Shown piece by piece: positions 23,421-35,539 of a DNA stretch of 38,945 nt. Numbering within the stretch: position 1 is the stretch's first letter; each line of letters opens with the position of its first letter. Source of the DNA: Octopus bimaculoides (Eukaryota); assembly GCF_001194135.2 (NCBI RefSeq), contig NC_068982.1, positions 134,816,036 to 134,854,980 of the forward strand, written 5' to 3'. The notes under the pieces were generated by a model, which was given only the letters and a program-made list of their open reading frames with translations, did not search any database and was not told the DNA's origin. Made by a program: the position numbers and the translations under genes.

Positions 23421-23724
23421 CAATAAATCACTATTGTTCCTGAAAGTTGTTTTTATATACTTACTACCGATTGCTTGAAGCTAACTTTCTTCCTACGCCT
23501 CGATCCCTGGATCTTATATATATTATATATATTACTAATGGAGATACCGCTATTTTGACCATCGTATAACACATATAACACATTTCTATAAAATATTGAA
23601 TTGCGATTGTATCTAATCATTCGTAAAACTATCCTTCATATTCGGCGCAAAACTACTTTTCAAATTGCATCCATAGAATGTCCCCCGATACAATAGGCTG
23701 ACTGAGTTGTTTAAGTGACAGATA

Positions 23725-23919
23725 AAATACCTTACAATAGCTATCCTGGCCTTTTGCATTCTGAGTTCAATTCTTGCTGTTGTCAATATATCTTTCTTTC
23801 GTCTGTCCGGGATTGATAAATCCCGTGGCACATTGGGAAAACGTCTTCTACTAATTAGCCTCGGACTAATCAAAGCCTTGTGAGTGAATTTGGAAGACAA
23901 ATTGAAAAAAGCCCGTCGT
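23725..23919 (+). mobile_element. Juxtaposed degraded SINE C head and SINE A CORE fragment
   Basis: TTCTGAGTTCAATTC at ~23758; CGTGGCACATTGGG..GTCTTCTACT..AAAGCCTTGTGAGTGAATTTGG..AGCCCGTCG at 23822-23919. Confidence 0.65.
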
Positions 23920-24059
23920 ACAATTTCCCTTCTATGAGCGTCTTATTAATACATTGCTTGTGTCATGTCCAAACGTTTGTTTGCTTTTTTCTTTTTCTCT
24001 CTGTTTTTTAATTGAATAAACACACACATATACATATATATATATTTATACACACACAC

Positions 24060-24092
<33 letters not shown>

Positions 24093-24869
24093 NNNNNNNN
24101 NNNNNNNNNNNNNNNNNNNNNNNNNNNNNNNNNNNNNNNNNNNNNNNNNNNNNNNNNNNNNNNNNNNNNNNNNNNNNNNNNNNNNNNNNNNNNNNNNNNN
24201 NNNNNNNNNNNNNNNNNNNNNNNNNNNNNNNNNNNNNNNNNNNNNNNNNNNNNNNNNNNNNNNNNNNNNNNNNNNNNNNNNNNNNNNNNNNNNNNNNNNN
24301 NNNNNNNNNNNNNNNNNNNNNNNNNNNNNNNNNNNNNNNNNNNNNNNNNNNNNNNNNNNNNNNNNNNNNNNNNNNNNNNNNNNNNNNNNNNNNNNNNNNN
24401 NNNNNNNNNNNNNNNNNNNNNNNNNNNNNNNNNNNNNNNNNNNNNNNNAACATACAATATACTTACATATACGAACGTATACATACATATATATGCACGT
24501 ATGCACACGACCAGTTTAAATTGCCCGCCTAAAAACTCCTCGTGCGATATGGTCAGAATAATTACCGCAGTAAATATAATGACAAAATAAATTTATATAA
24601 ATAAGGATAAGATCGATATTTAAAATATTGATCTTATCAAGTGGACAGCATGGGAATAAAAACCATCAAAGGTAACAATTATTTAAAATTATAATATAGG
24701 GTATCTAAGAGATACCACCACGCTGAAAATAACAGTCAAATCTTGACTCTAAACCACAATAAATGTTCATATAGCACGAAGAGCGAACCCTGATGAAGGC
24801 AAAGCATTTTATTATGCAAAGCCAGAAATCCAGGATCTGGAATTATCCAGTATTTTTGCTAGTTTATTT

Positions 24870-25330
24870 TATCTTCGTCTTCGCTCTTCCCTTCATCGTC
24901 ATCCCTCCTTCGTAACCCCACCCCTACACAATCCAACCCCACCTTCCCTATCCATCCCATCCCACTCCATCCCTTACACCCACTCCCATATACCTCACCT
25001 CTACCAACAGCCTCAGACTAACCCACATACCCCACCTCTAGCTCCACCCTCAGCCTAAGCCACACCCACCCTTGCTTTCCCCACTCGCCTCCCCACATCC
25101 CAGCACCACCACGCCAGACCACACACCACCACACCATACACACCATACACCACCATACTATACAGCACCACATCACATCACACCACCACGCACATTCTAG
25201 CACTGATCCCTTCCCAGCCCCACACCATCATCCACATACCTACACATATACACACGCTCACGTCAAGGTCACCACCCCTCTTCCACACGCACATACGAAC
25301 TCTTTTATACACACGCACGCACATCTTTGT
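24870..25330 (+). repeat. C/A-rich low-complexity tract (CACCA-like units)
   Basis: Imperfect CACCA/CACAC repeats with strong strand bias. Confidence 0.8.
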
Positions 25331-25577
25331 TTTGGGATTACCACTACTTTATTATCTGCCCTTCTTCCTAGGTCTCCTGTGTGACCCCTCTGTCCAGCAT
25401 TCACCATGATAGATCGCTAGCCACTACACATTCTTTATTTTCTCTCCTTGTTTCTTTCTGTGTTCCTTTCTGTGGAAGAGCGTAGGATCGAACGTTAAAG
25501 ACTTTTTCACTTCCCGAGCGTTAAACTAATAGATCTGTTTATTGTCTACACCAACTGTCTTTTGTTTTTTTGTGAAT

Positions 25578-25614
<37 letters not shown>

Positions 25615-26519
25615 NNNNNNNNNNNNNNNNNNNNNNNNNNNNNNNNNNNNNNNNNNNNNNNNNNNNNNNNNNNNNNNNNNNNNNNNNNNNNNNNNNNNNN
25701 NNNNNNNNNNNNNNNNNNNNNNNNNNNNNNNNNNNNNNNNNNNNNNNNNNNNNNNNNNNNNNNNNNNNNNNNNNNNNNNNNNNNNNNNNNNNNNNNNNNN
25801 NNNNNNNNNNNNNNNNNNNNNNNNNNNNNNNNNNNNNNNNNNNNNNNNNNNNNNNNNNNNNNNNNNNNNNNNNNNNNNNNNNNNNNNNNNNNNNNNNNNN
25901 NNNNNNNNNNNNNNNNNNNNNNNNNNNNNNNNNNNNNNNNNNNNNNNNNNNNNNNNNNNNNNNNNNNNNNNNNNNNNNNNNNNNNNNNNNNNNNNNNNNN
26001 NNNNNNNNNNNNNNNNNNNNNNNNNNNNNNNNNNNNNNNNNNNNNNNNNNNNNNNNNNNNNNNNNNNNNNNNNNNNNNNNNNNNNNNNNNNNNNNNNNNN
26101 NNNNNNNNNNNNNNNNNNNNNNNNNNNNNNNNNNNNNNNNNNNNNNNNNNNNNNNNNNNNNNNNNNNNNNNNNNNNNNNNNNNNNNNNNNNNNNNNNNNN
26201 NNNNNNNNNNNNNNNNNNNNNNNNNNNNNNNNNNNNNNNNNNNNNNNNNNNNNNNNNNNNNNNNNNNNNNNNNNNNNNNNNNNNNNNNNNNNNNNNNNNN
26301 NNNNNNNNNNNNNNNNNNNNNNNNNNNNNNNNNNNNNNNNNNNNNNNNNNNNNNNNNNNNNNNNNNNNNNNNNNNNNNNNNNNNNNNNNNNNNNNNNNNN
26401 NNNNNNNNNNNNNNNNNNNNNNNNNNNNNNNNNNNNNNNNNNNNNNNNNNNNNNNNNNNNNNNNNNNNNNNNNNNNNNNNNNNNNNNNNNNNNNNNNNNN
26501 NNNNNNNNNNNNNNNNNNN

Positions 26520-26562
<43 letters not shown>

Positions 26563-26590
26563 TATAAACACACATACGTATATATAGGTG

Positions 26591-26790
26591 TTTGTGTGTT
26601 TCTTTGTGTCTATTTGACAACCGGTGTTGATATGTTTACGTCCCTGTACCTTAGCGGTTCTGCAAAAAAGACCGATAAAATAAATGCCAGGCTTGAAAAG
26701 AATAAATACTGGGGTCGTTCATTTGACTAAAACGTCTCCAAGGTGATGCCCCATCATGGCCGTAGTCTAATGACTGAAACAAGTAACAGA
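26591..26790 (+). mobile_element. SINE family A 3' half (5' half probably in gap)
   Basis: TTGACAACCG..TTTACGTCCC..TTAGCGGTTC..ATGGCCGTAGTCTAATGACTGAAACAAGTAA follows a TA run. Confidence 0.85.
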
Positions 26791-26841
26791 TTGACGATAA
26801 AAGAATTCATATAATCTTTTCAGTTTACTGTGCATCGTCAA

Positions 26842-27141
26842 TGGCCCAGTGGTTAGGGCAGCGGACTCGCGGTCGGAGGATCGTGGTTTCGATTCCCAGA
26901 CCGGGAGTTGTGTGTGTTTAAGCGAAAACACCTAAAGCTCCACGAGGCTCCGGCAAGGGGTGGTGGAGACCCCTGTTGTACTCTTTCACCACAACTTTCT
27001 CTCACTCTTTCTTCCTGCTTCTTGAGTAACGCTGCGATGGACTGGCGTCCCGTCCAGCTGGGGGAAACACATACGCCATAGAAACCTGGAAACTGGGACC
27101 ATGAGCCTGGCTAGGCTTTAAAAGGGGCGAGAAAGAAGAAA
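26842..27141 (+). mobile_element. SINE with family B head but different 3' module; 12-bp TSD
   Basis: TGGCCCAGTGGTTAGGGCAGCGGACTC head; GTGCATCGTCAA at 26830-26841 and 27142-27153. Confidence 0.9.
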
Positions 27142-27815
27142 GTGCATCGTCAAAAGACAGAACTTTCATGGTGTGGATTCATATCGAATTTGTCAACGTC
27201 TAGTTATAAAATTATTTGGCAAGATACTGTTCCAGAAGAGAAAAAGATAGAGGCTGGTAGAGAAAAAGATTGGATGATAACATCATGGGCTAATCTTGAA
27301 TTTGAAATATGAAATTGTAGAGAATGGCGACTGATTGTTATTTGGTTCCGGTCAGCCTTGATTGAGTAGATCTGGGATTAAAGATATTCAAGTCTGACTC
27401 TTTTCTCTTTTACATGTGTGCATAGAACTTAGGACGACAGCATCCAACATCTTGTGTTTAATTTCTAAAACGGTGACATGATTTGAAAGAGAAATCGGTT
27501 GCTATTTCTAGCTGGACAAGCCAGTACGTAGAGGCTCCATTATTGCCTCGAGCTAATCTAGAAGTCTTCTGTGGCACCTTCAACATTCTAATGTTTTACA
27601 AAACTTGTAAATGATGCTAGCATTGAAGATGGTAGTGGTGGTGGTGATGCTGCTGCTGCTACCATTGATGCTGCTGATAATGATAAAGATGATGTGTCTG
27701 CAAGAAATCTATAATTTTTTTGACATGCAATGATTAATGGTTACGTGAGATTTGGAACTTAATGATTACATAATATTCTCTGAAAGACCACTTATGTAAA
27801 TTAGATAAAAAAGAA

Positions 27816-27816
<1 letters not shown>

Positions 27817-27881
<65 letters not shown>
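27817..27881. repeat. (ATT)n microsatellite
   Basis: Direct reading. Confidence 0.97.
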
Positions 27882-28539
27882 TTGTGGAGTGCCCAGACTT
27901 GTGCTTGGGAGGGTAACTTTCTAGGTGCAATCCCATGGTCAGTCATGACCGAAGGGGGTCTCAGCATTATGTGGAGTGGGCTCTTGTCGTTGGTATTCAG
28001 GGTGATCTCGGATGGTGGGGTTCCTTGATTATCCTTAGAGGTCTTCCTGGATCAGGGGGTTCCATCACGATCCTTTTTTCCCTCTTTTTATTTCTAGCTG
28101 ATATGTGGGTTTATGGCACCTATTTCGCAAACTAAGTTGAAGTTATCATTGTAAAAAACTGGTTTTGTGTAAGTATTATGGTATGGAAGTAAGAAAGTAT
28201 AAGCACTGCTTCAGATTAATTGATGGTTCATAATTTTCCCTACAAGGTCATACTGTCCATATAATCCTGAAGATTATAGACCTTGGCTATATCATAGAAT
28301 TATATTTAAAGCATGGCAATGATTTATTAGAAAATCTGTTTTTCAGAGGCTATGCGTGTAACTTAAGTACTTAATGTCTTTTTCACAAGAAACAATGTAG
28401 TATGATTCATATTTCCTAGATACACCAAGGAAAATGGCTAAACGTGGTGTTTACCGCAAAGTAAAAAGGACAATCTTTTACTCTTTTCTCAAGTTTGTTC
28501 TTCAGTTCAGCCATTAGCTTATAAAATTGAAATCATGTT

Positions 28540-28754
28540 GAATGATTCGGCTCTGAGAGCGTGATTAAGGAAGAAGGCGTTGATCTCTGACAATCCACGG
28601 ACGTTTCTTCCATTTCTGATACTCCGCTATAATGCCATGAGACACTCCTCCTCAACTAAATTCTGAAAACATTTAAAATGTTATCAATACTTGGGCATTC
28701 TATCAATAAATAGTAAAATACAGCGCCATCTCGTCACTGTATGGACTCCTCATA
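28540..28754 (-). mobile_element. Possible ancient mariner 5' end and HTH relic
   Basis: Minus strand TATGAGG..GACGAGATGGCGCTG start, then frameshifted EECL and RNGR-TSVD..RS.PSSLIT resembling mariner GRxSVxDxxRSGRPS. Confidence 0.3.
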
Positions 28755-29161
28755 CATTACTATTGTCAACATTTACGAAATTAAAGAAATACCTTTTAGC
28801 TGAGGTGCTACAATAGTCGTGCATTTGAACACATTATTTGCAGTATAAACTTCTAGTTTCCATACAGCAAACCTTATTGTATTGTGCAAAATATAGATCA
28901 GGATAAATTATCAATTTTTGGCAAACACTAGAGTTTTCCATAAGGTATGCTTTCATTATTAGCTGTGTTTGAAGACATTTTATTCAGAGCCTGAACTGAA
29001 ATGTCTCCAGTTTAGTGAGTAGCTGACATGTTAATTCCTCAGATTATTCATTGTTATCACTGTAAAAGTCAAGTTACACAATGTGCTTTCCCCTCTCAAA
29101 ATATAAGTACCTCAGAAAATTTACGAAACATTTATTTGTACATTGATATACAGAAACAAGT

Positions 29162-29507
29162 GGAGGCGCAATGGCCCAGTGGTTAGGGCAGCGGACTCGT
29201 GGTCGTAGGATCGCGGTTTCGATTCTCTGACCGGGCGTTGTGAGTGTTTATTGAGCGAAACACCTAAAGTTCCACGAAGCTCCGGCAGGGGATGGTGGCG
29301 AACCCTGCTGTACTCTTTCACCACAACTTTCTCTCACTCTTTCTTCCTATTTCTGTTGTACCTGTATTTCAAAGGGCCAGCCTTGTCACGCTGAATATCC
29401 CCGAGAACTACGTTAAGGGTACATGTGTCTGTGGAGTGCTCAGCCACTTGCACGTTAATTTCACGATCAACTGGAACCCTCGTCGTCGTAACCGACGGAG
29501 TGCCAAC
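29162..29507 (+). mobile_element. SINE family B, near full length, 11-bp TSD
   Basis: A-box TGGCCCAGTGG, B-box GGTTTCGATTC; ATACAGAAACA at 29148-29158 and 29509-29519; two small internal deletions relative to 35744-36347. Confidence 0.93.
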
Positions 29508-30849
29508 CATACAGAAACAGTTACTACTGGAAATGGCAAACTATGTTCTATGATATATTCCACGTGCATTTTACAAAACGTGGTGCTGCAATATTTTCAC
29601 TAAGAACTTCTTTAGTTTTCCCCGTTACAGTTTTAATTATCAGCGAGTCACTGTATACTTCTTTGTCAACTTTAAACTCCACAATCAACACTTCTGTATG
29701 TCTAATGGTGCTTTACAACATGATACACTTCACACAATTCTACAGCAAAGAATTATCACGTTGAGTCGATTTAGCTGGGGAAAAAAATAATGAAGTACCA
29801 GTGATACTAATATTAATTTTATGTTTATCTGATGTAGTGTGTTCTTTGGCTCATTCATGATTATAAGTTGTTTTTTTCTTCTCTGCCTTTACTCTCCTCT
29901 GGGACTTTAGGCTGACGTCTATCTTGTATCATTAACGTGACCTGAATACTGCAGAAAAATGGCGAGTTGCCGTAAAAAGAACATTGCTCGAAAAAGAACA
30001 TTGCTTAATCATGTTTTAACAAAATTTTTATAAAATTATATTTACTTTTTTTAATTTTTTCTAAAATTTACTTTACTTTGATTTAATTATACATAAAGCT
30101 AACAAATTTCTGATATTTGAATCTTTAAAACTTTTTATAAACGTGAATGAATTCTCGCTGCTTTTAAAGAATATCTGAAGTAATTTATGCAAGATAGTTT
30201 TAGTCTCAGATTCCATAAAATATAGCGTACATCATCAGGGAAAATTCATTGAAAACTACAGAACATTTTATAAAACACATTTGATAGACATGTGTAGATG
30301 GACTATTAATAGTACGCTGAAAACTAATGCGTGCAAGTATATAAAGCTAGAATTATACAGTTGTAAGAATGGAAGAGAGTTTTACATTGAAGCAACAGTT
30401 TTCGTAAACTGTCACCTAATGAATATAAATCATTCAAACTAAGCAAAATAGATTGTGAAGGACAGAATAAGTGTTGAGAATTAAATCAGCAAATGTTAGA
30501 GCATTTGTTCATTTAACAAAATAAGCTTCAGTAAAAGTTCATTAATTCAACGGTCAGTCAAAAGATGTATTACCAGAAATTGGTAGGTATAAAACGTTTT
30601 AAAGATGACAGTCGATGTTTAGAGGTAAATGACCGCAAAGAGTCTTCTCGTAATGGATCGTCATGTTCTAAGTTAATAAACATAAAAGTGTTTGAAAACA
30701 TGTGTGTCGTATGTTTAATTGTTTAAAAGTTATGTAATTTGTAATAAATGGAAATGTACAAATATCAACGATCTTAGATGTTTGAAGTATAGTTAAAGTG
30801 ATGAAAGCATTTACCTGCACAAAAAACAAATGTCTAGGTTAATATACAA

Positions 30850-31875
30850 ACTAGAAAACGATTGTGAGTTTTGAAGATGTTGGGGTTGTAAAAAAATGTT
30901 TCTTGGTGTTTCTTAATTAAACCATCCTTTGCAAAGAGAATTTTAAAGAATTCTGTCTAGTTTCCTGTTGCACATGTACGGTTTTGCTTTTGTGTGAATT
31001 TTCCAAAATTAGTTTTAGGGTATATATTTCGATTTTTATATATCAGATGTAATTTGAAAGAGTCGTAGTCTTGCACTTGGAGGAATACTTGAAAGAGAAG
31101 ACCTTCATCGTACTGAAGTTTAACGAGGCCAATATAAGTTTTAGTAGAGATGACTTTTTGTAGTACACAACATATTTTTAGTGAAGGAGTTAGAATCTAA
31201 GAAGTATAACGAAGGATTGATGCTATCGCAATTATTTGGAGAAATAGAGGAGATCTAAATTGATTTAGTTTAGTCAAGTTAGCAGAAGCAGTTACGTATA
31301 GTGGAGCATATTTTAATTGCATTCTTACTGAAAATACTATGAAAATACCTATGCAGTGGGAAGAAGGGAGAATTATAGATTATAGAATTGAGCGAACTAC
31401 CAGATTTTTACGGTTAGTTGATCAAGGTATAGGTTCAGCAAATTTGATGTTCTCCTTGAATCCACATCTGCTTGAAGCTTCATTGTAATAAGCAGAACAG
31501 TCCTTACGAATGTTCTCGTTTGCATTAAGATTAGGTGATTTGATATCTTATGTAATTAAGCGTTTCCTTAAGTTTGCGGAAGGGATAAACTAAAGATATA
31601 AATCTAAAATGTCAACAGATCTGAGGTTAGTTTCTATAGTAACGGATAATCTGAAAGTTTTCTATGAAGTTATAATAAATGATAAAAGATTTTCTTGCTT
31701 GCTTTATGATATCTATTTCATCCCTATTATGATATTACATTTCGTCAATATTAGCATAGCTTAGGGCCCAAAACCTAATTCGCTTAGTGATCGATGCATT
31801 GTAATTCTTAATATCAAAAGGCAATAATTTATATTTGTGAATAAAATCAACTAATTACAGACTGTGTATTCTTCT
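30850..31875 (-). mobile_element. Second, older Naiad-type PLE relic (RT fragments to GIY-YIG)
   Basis: Minus frames: KNTQSVIS*F, FDIKNYNASIT..ALSYA, EIDIIKQARKSF, LSVTIETNLRSVDILDL, YPFRK, YYNEASSRCGF, SIFSKNAIKI, KTYIGL (~31125-31143), TTLSNYI*YIK, WKIHTKAKPY; the YRDD segment is deleted. Confidence 0.8.
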
Positions 31876-31919
31876 ATAAGGTGAAGCTTCAGAAAGTTGT
31901 CCTGTACCCGAATACGCAT

Positions 31920-32080
31920 CTATATATACATGTAGATGTAGGTATGTACATATATGTATGTATACATGTATATGCTTATATATCATTTGTATAATATATA
32001 TATATATATATATATATTTGTATAATATATATTTGTATATATATATTTGTATAGTATATATTTGTATAATTTATATATAT
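31920..32080. repeat. TA-rich microsatellite
   Basis: Direct reading; runs into gap 32081-32346. Confidence 0.9.
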
Positions 32081-32446
32081 NNNNNNNNNNNNNNNNNNNN
32101 NNNNNNNNNNNNNNNNNNNNNNNNNNNNNNNNNNNNNNNNNNNNNNNNNNNNNNNNNNNNNNNNNNNNNNNNNNNNNNNNNNNNNNNNNNNNNNNNNNNN
32201 NNNNNNNNNNNNNNNNNNNNNNNNNNNNNNNNNNNNNNNNNNNNNNNNNNNNNNNNNNNNNNNNNNNNNNNNNNNNNNNNNNNNNNNNNNNNNNNNNNNN
32301 NNNNNNNNNNNNNNNNNNNNNNNNNNNNNNNNNNNNNNNNNNNNNNTATATATTTATATACTGTGAAAATAATAAGGGTAGAAAATTTAGAGAAATATTT
32401 TACCGGTGGCCAGCATGCGTTATAAAGTCAATAGACAACATATTTT

Positions 32447-32693
32447 TCATATAAATTAGTGTACGTTTTTATACACAAAAGAAGTGACCTTTCACAGGAC
32501 ACCTTACATGCTGGAAAGGGCAGTTAAAGCCCAGACCACGAATAAGAGTAATTTCAAAGCGAATGAAAATTTAAAAAAACACATTCCCTTTGAAATTACT
32601 CTTTTTCGTGGTTTAGGCTTTAACTGTGTGTAAGGTGTCCTGTTAAAGGTCACTCCTTTTGTGTATAAAAAAAATGCACACTAATTTATATGA
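32447..32693. repeat. Foldback/MITE-like long inverted repeat
   Basis: Arms 32447-32565 and 32582-32693, 16-nt A-rich spacer, with a ~10-nt indel in the left arm. Confidence 0.92.
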
Positions 32694-33397
32694 CATACAT
32701 GTGTATATATGTATGTATATATATATGTATATATCAACAAAAAGAAACTTAGAGTGAATGATGTTGCTAATATTTCCTGTATCAAATTTGGTTGTGGTGA
32801 TGAATATGATTGGGGAGACTGATACTTTTTATTGACACTAAGAGGATGAAAAGCAAAGCAAACTCTGATCTGATCAAGTAGAGTTGCTCTGCATTCAAAT
32901 GCGTCCCAACCATGACCGTCGCAGCATTTTTCAAAATTATCGGGTATACTTTGAAGGAGATTTAACAGCTAGTTTTAGAGGGTCGAGAGACCATGTAGGA
33001 ACTTACTTGTCGACTCAACTAAGCAGATTACTACGTATTATGTAATTCCCCGTTGTAAGTAATGGAAATGCTGTGGTAAAGACGAAGATGGCGTGATCTT
33101 GCTATGTTGCGGTGTACGATTGTTCCACTGACGAAAAGCTATATTCGTTGACCATGTATCTATCCAAACTAGGATAAGGTGAAGTAGGATTGAACAGGGT
33201 GGTGGAACCTGTACCAGCACTCATTTTCTCGCAGAGTGGACTGGAGTACATTGAAATGCACTGCATTTCTCAAACTGCCCCCGCTCCTATACGGAAGAAA
33301 AGCTTCTGCCTTACGGTCCTGTGCCCAATACTCTAGCCACTAGAACATATCTTTATCGATATATAATTTATATATTTGTGAAGATATGTGTCTTTTG

Positions 33398-34001
33398 CAG
33401 TGAAAGACCCCAACCTCTCCGAAACTGAAGGAACCACGAATGAGTCGAGGCAATGTGATGACACTATTGATAGTTATCATCGACTACAAGAGCATTGTTC
33501 ATCAAGAGTATACTCCACCTGGTAAGACAGTAAGCAAGGAGTATAACAGTAACGTGTTACGGTTTTTGCGAGATGCTGTCTGTCGGAAAAGGACAGAATT
33601 ATACTCGTCCGTTGAATGGCGACTCCTCCATCACAATGCACCTTCCCCATTCAGCACAGTTTGTGCGGCAGCTTTTGACCAATCACAGTATTTCCCACGT
33701 CCCGCAGCCATTGCATTCCTCGATCTCGCCCCTTGTGACTTTTTACTCTTTCCAAAATTCAAAATCCACTTGAAAGGAAGATATCAAGACATCGATGAAA
33801 TCCAAAAGAATGCAATGAGGCAGCTTCTCCACCTCCCCAAAAAAGGAGTTCCAGAAATTCTTCCATCAATGAAAACGACGCTGGATGAAGCGTGTGGCTT
33901 CGAAATGGACTTACTTCAAAGGAGATTAAATGCCGAATTGATATTTGTTATAATTTTCTTTTTTTAGTACCAGTCGCGACACATTCTGATTAGGCCTCTT
34001 A
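33398..34001 (+). mobile_element. Mariner (Tc1/mariner) transposase 3' relic with degenerate right TIR
   Basis: Q*KTPTSP, IVHQEY..PGKTV..EY..VL..LRDAV.RKR, WRLLHHNAP, DLAPCDFLLFPK.K..LKG; TIR-like end CTGATTAGGCCTCTTA. Confidence 0.9.
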
Positions 34002-34704
34002 TGTATACATATATGTCTGTGTATATACGTGTATGTGTGTGGATAGGTTTGTATATCTATACAAACACACATATTTCTGAGTGTGTATTTACTCACGTTT
34101 TATTTAATCCGTTTAGATTGGAAACGAAAAATTTTTAATTCATGTTTATTCATCTCAATAAAACAAAATTTTAAAGAGGTGAAGATAAATCATCGTTTTA
34201 CTCTTCGAAAAGCTTAAATAACTTTTAATTGGTGATTCTCGTCTTTATTGCACCATTTTCATTGTTTTTTCAAATAACTTTTCGAATATGTCTACCTCAT
34301 TACCTATATCATCTTTCCTCCTACTCTGCTCTCTACCTTTTACCTTCTACCATACTCTCTCTTCAACATATTCCCTTCTACCATTCTCTCTCCCCCCCAT
34401 GTACTTTTTTTTACCTCATCCCTCTTCTCTCCTTTTTCCCGCTGCATATCACTTCTCCCTTCTTTCTCCCCCCTCTCCGTTTTACTTCCACACCGTCTCT
34501 ATTTTGTTTTATAATTTGATTTGTACTATATTTTTAACGCATCATTATATTGTTCTGAACTGTTGTGCTCAACTAAACAGCATTAATATCGGCTATAAAT
34601 ATTCATATTTCATTTAAAGTTAAATTACTCCCTCAATGGATCATTTTAACGAGAAAAGGACCAGCTTAGTTGTGAATCGAAGGGTTCATACTCGTTTTAC
34701 AACA

Positions 34705-35219
34705 CAGGCGCAGGAGTGGCTGTGTGGTAAGAAGTTTGTTTCTCAACCACATGGTTCCGTATTCAGTCCCACTGCGTGGCACCTTGGGCAAGTGTCTTCT
34801 ACTATAGCCTCGGGCCGAACAAAGTCTTGTATGTGAATTTGGTAGACGGAAACTGAAAGAAGCCCGTCGTATATATACATATATATATATNNNNNNNNNN
34901 NNNNNNNNNNNNNNNNNNNNNNNNNNNNNNNNNNNNNNNNNNNNNNNNNNNNNNNNNNNNNNNNNNNNNNNNNNNNNNNNNNNNNNNNNNNNNNNNNNNN
35001 NNNTGTGTGTGTGTGTGTATTTGTGTGTCTGTGTTTGTCCCCTCCTCCACCATCGCTTGACACCGTTTTTACGTCTCCATAGCTTAGTGGTTTGGTAAGA
35101 GACGGTTAGAATAAGTACTAGGCTTACAGAGAATAAGTCCTGGGGTCGATTTGCTCGACTAAAGGCGGTGTTCCAGCATGGCCGCAGTCAAATGACTGAA
35201 ACAAATAAAAGAATAAAGA
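34705..35219 (+). mobile_element. SINE family A, full length, gap in internal microsatellite
   Basis: Aligns with 3788-4193 on both sides of gap 34891-35003. Confidence 0.92.
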
Positions 35220-35539
35220 ATCGTTCCTTTGGTGTTGTTGTTGAGCTTTCACTTTGCTCCTGAAAAGATTCAGCTCAGTTCTGAAAGACGTTAAAGCAAT
35301 CGAAAATAAACGTAGTAGCCCTGGGGCCATAACAAAGAGACCTCGACGTGGTCTCATATCCTGCTTGAATTAGTGGATAAATCTCCCTCCAAATCCCACC
35401 CTACAGTAGTGCATAGTATGATTTTAGATAAAACGTATCTGAATTGAAGCGATGATCACAGTTGGAACGCCTTTGTAGAAGCCATTTTTTCGATTAGGGC
35501 TGTCCTTGGATTAAACAATAACAACAGCAACAACTTGTT

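Noticed and set aside
25526-26620. Very long ORFs in the track (also 5676-6540, 24008-24590, 31958-32454)
   Set aside because: They consist of X residues from N-gaps plus microsatellite-derived residues.
29162-29240. SINE heads as tRNA genes
   Set aside because: A/B boxes are present, but I saw no acceptor-stem closure and they run into SINE bodies bounded by TSDs.
31040-33410. TGA at conserved Trp positions (twice in the second Naiad, once in mariner) as an alternative genetic code
   Set aside because: TGG-to-TGA is a single transition; the second Naiad also has TAA/TAG stops and both relics have frameshifts.
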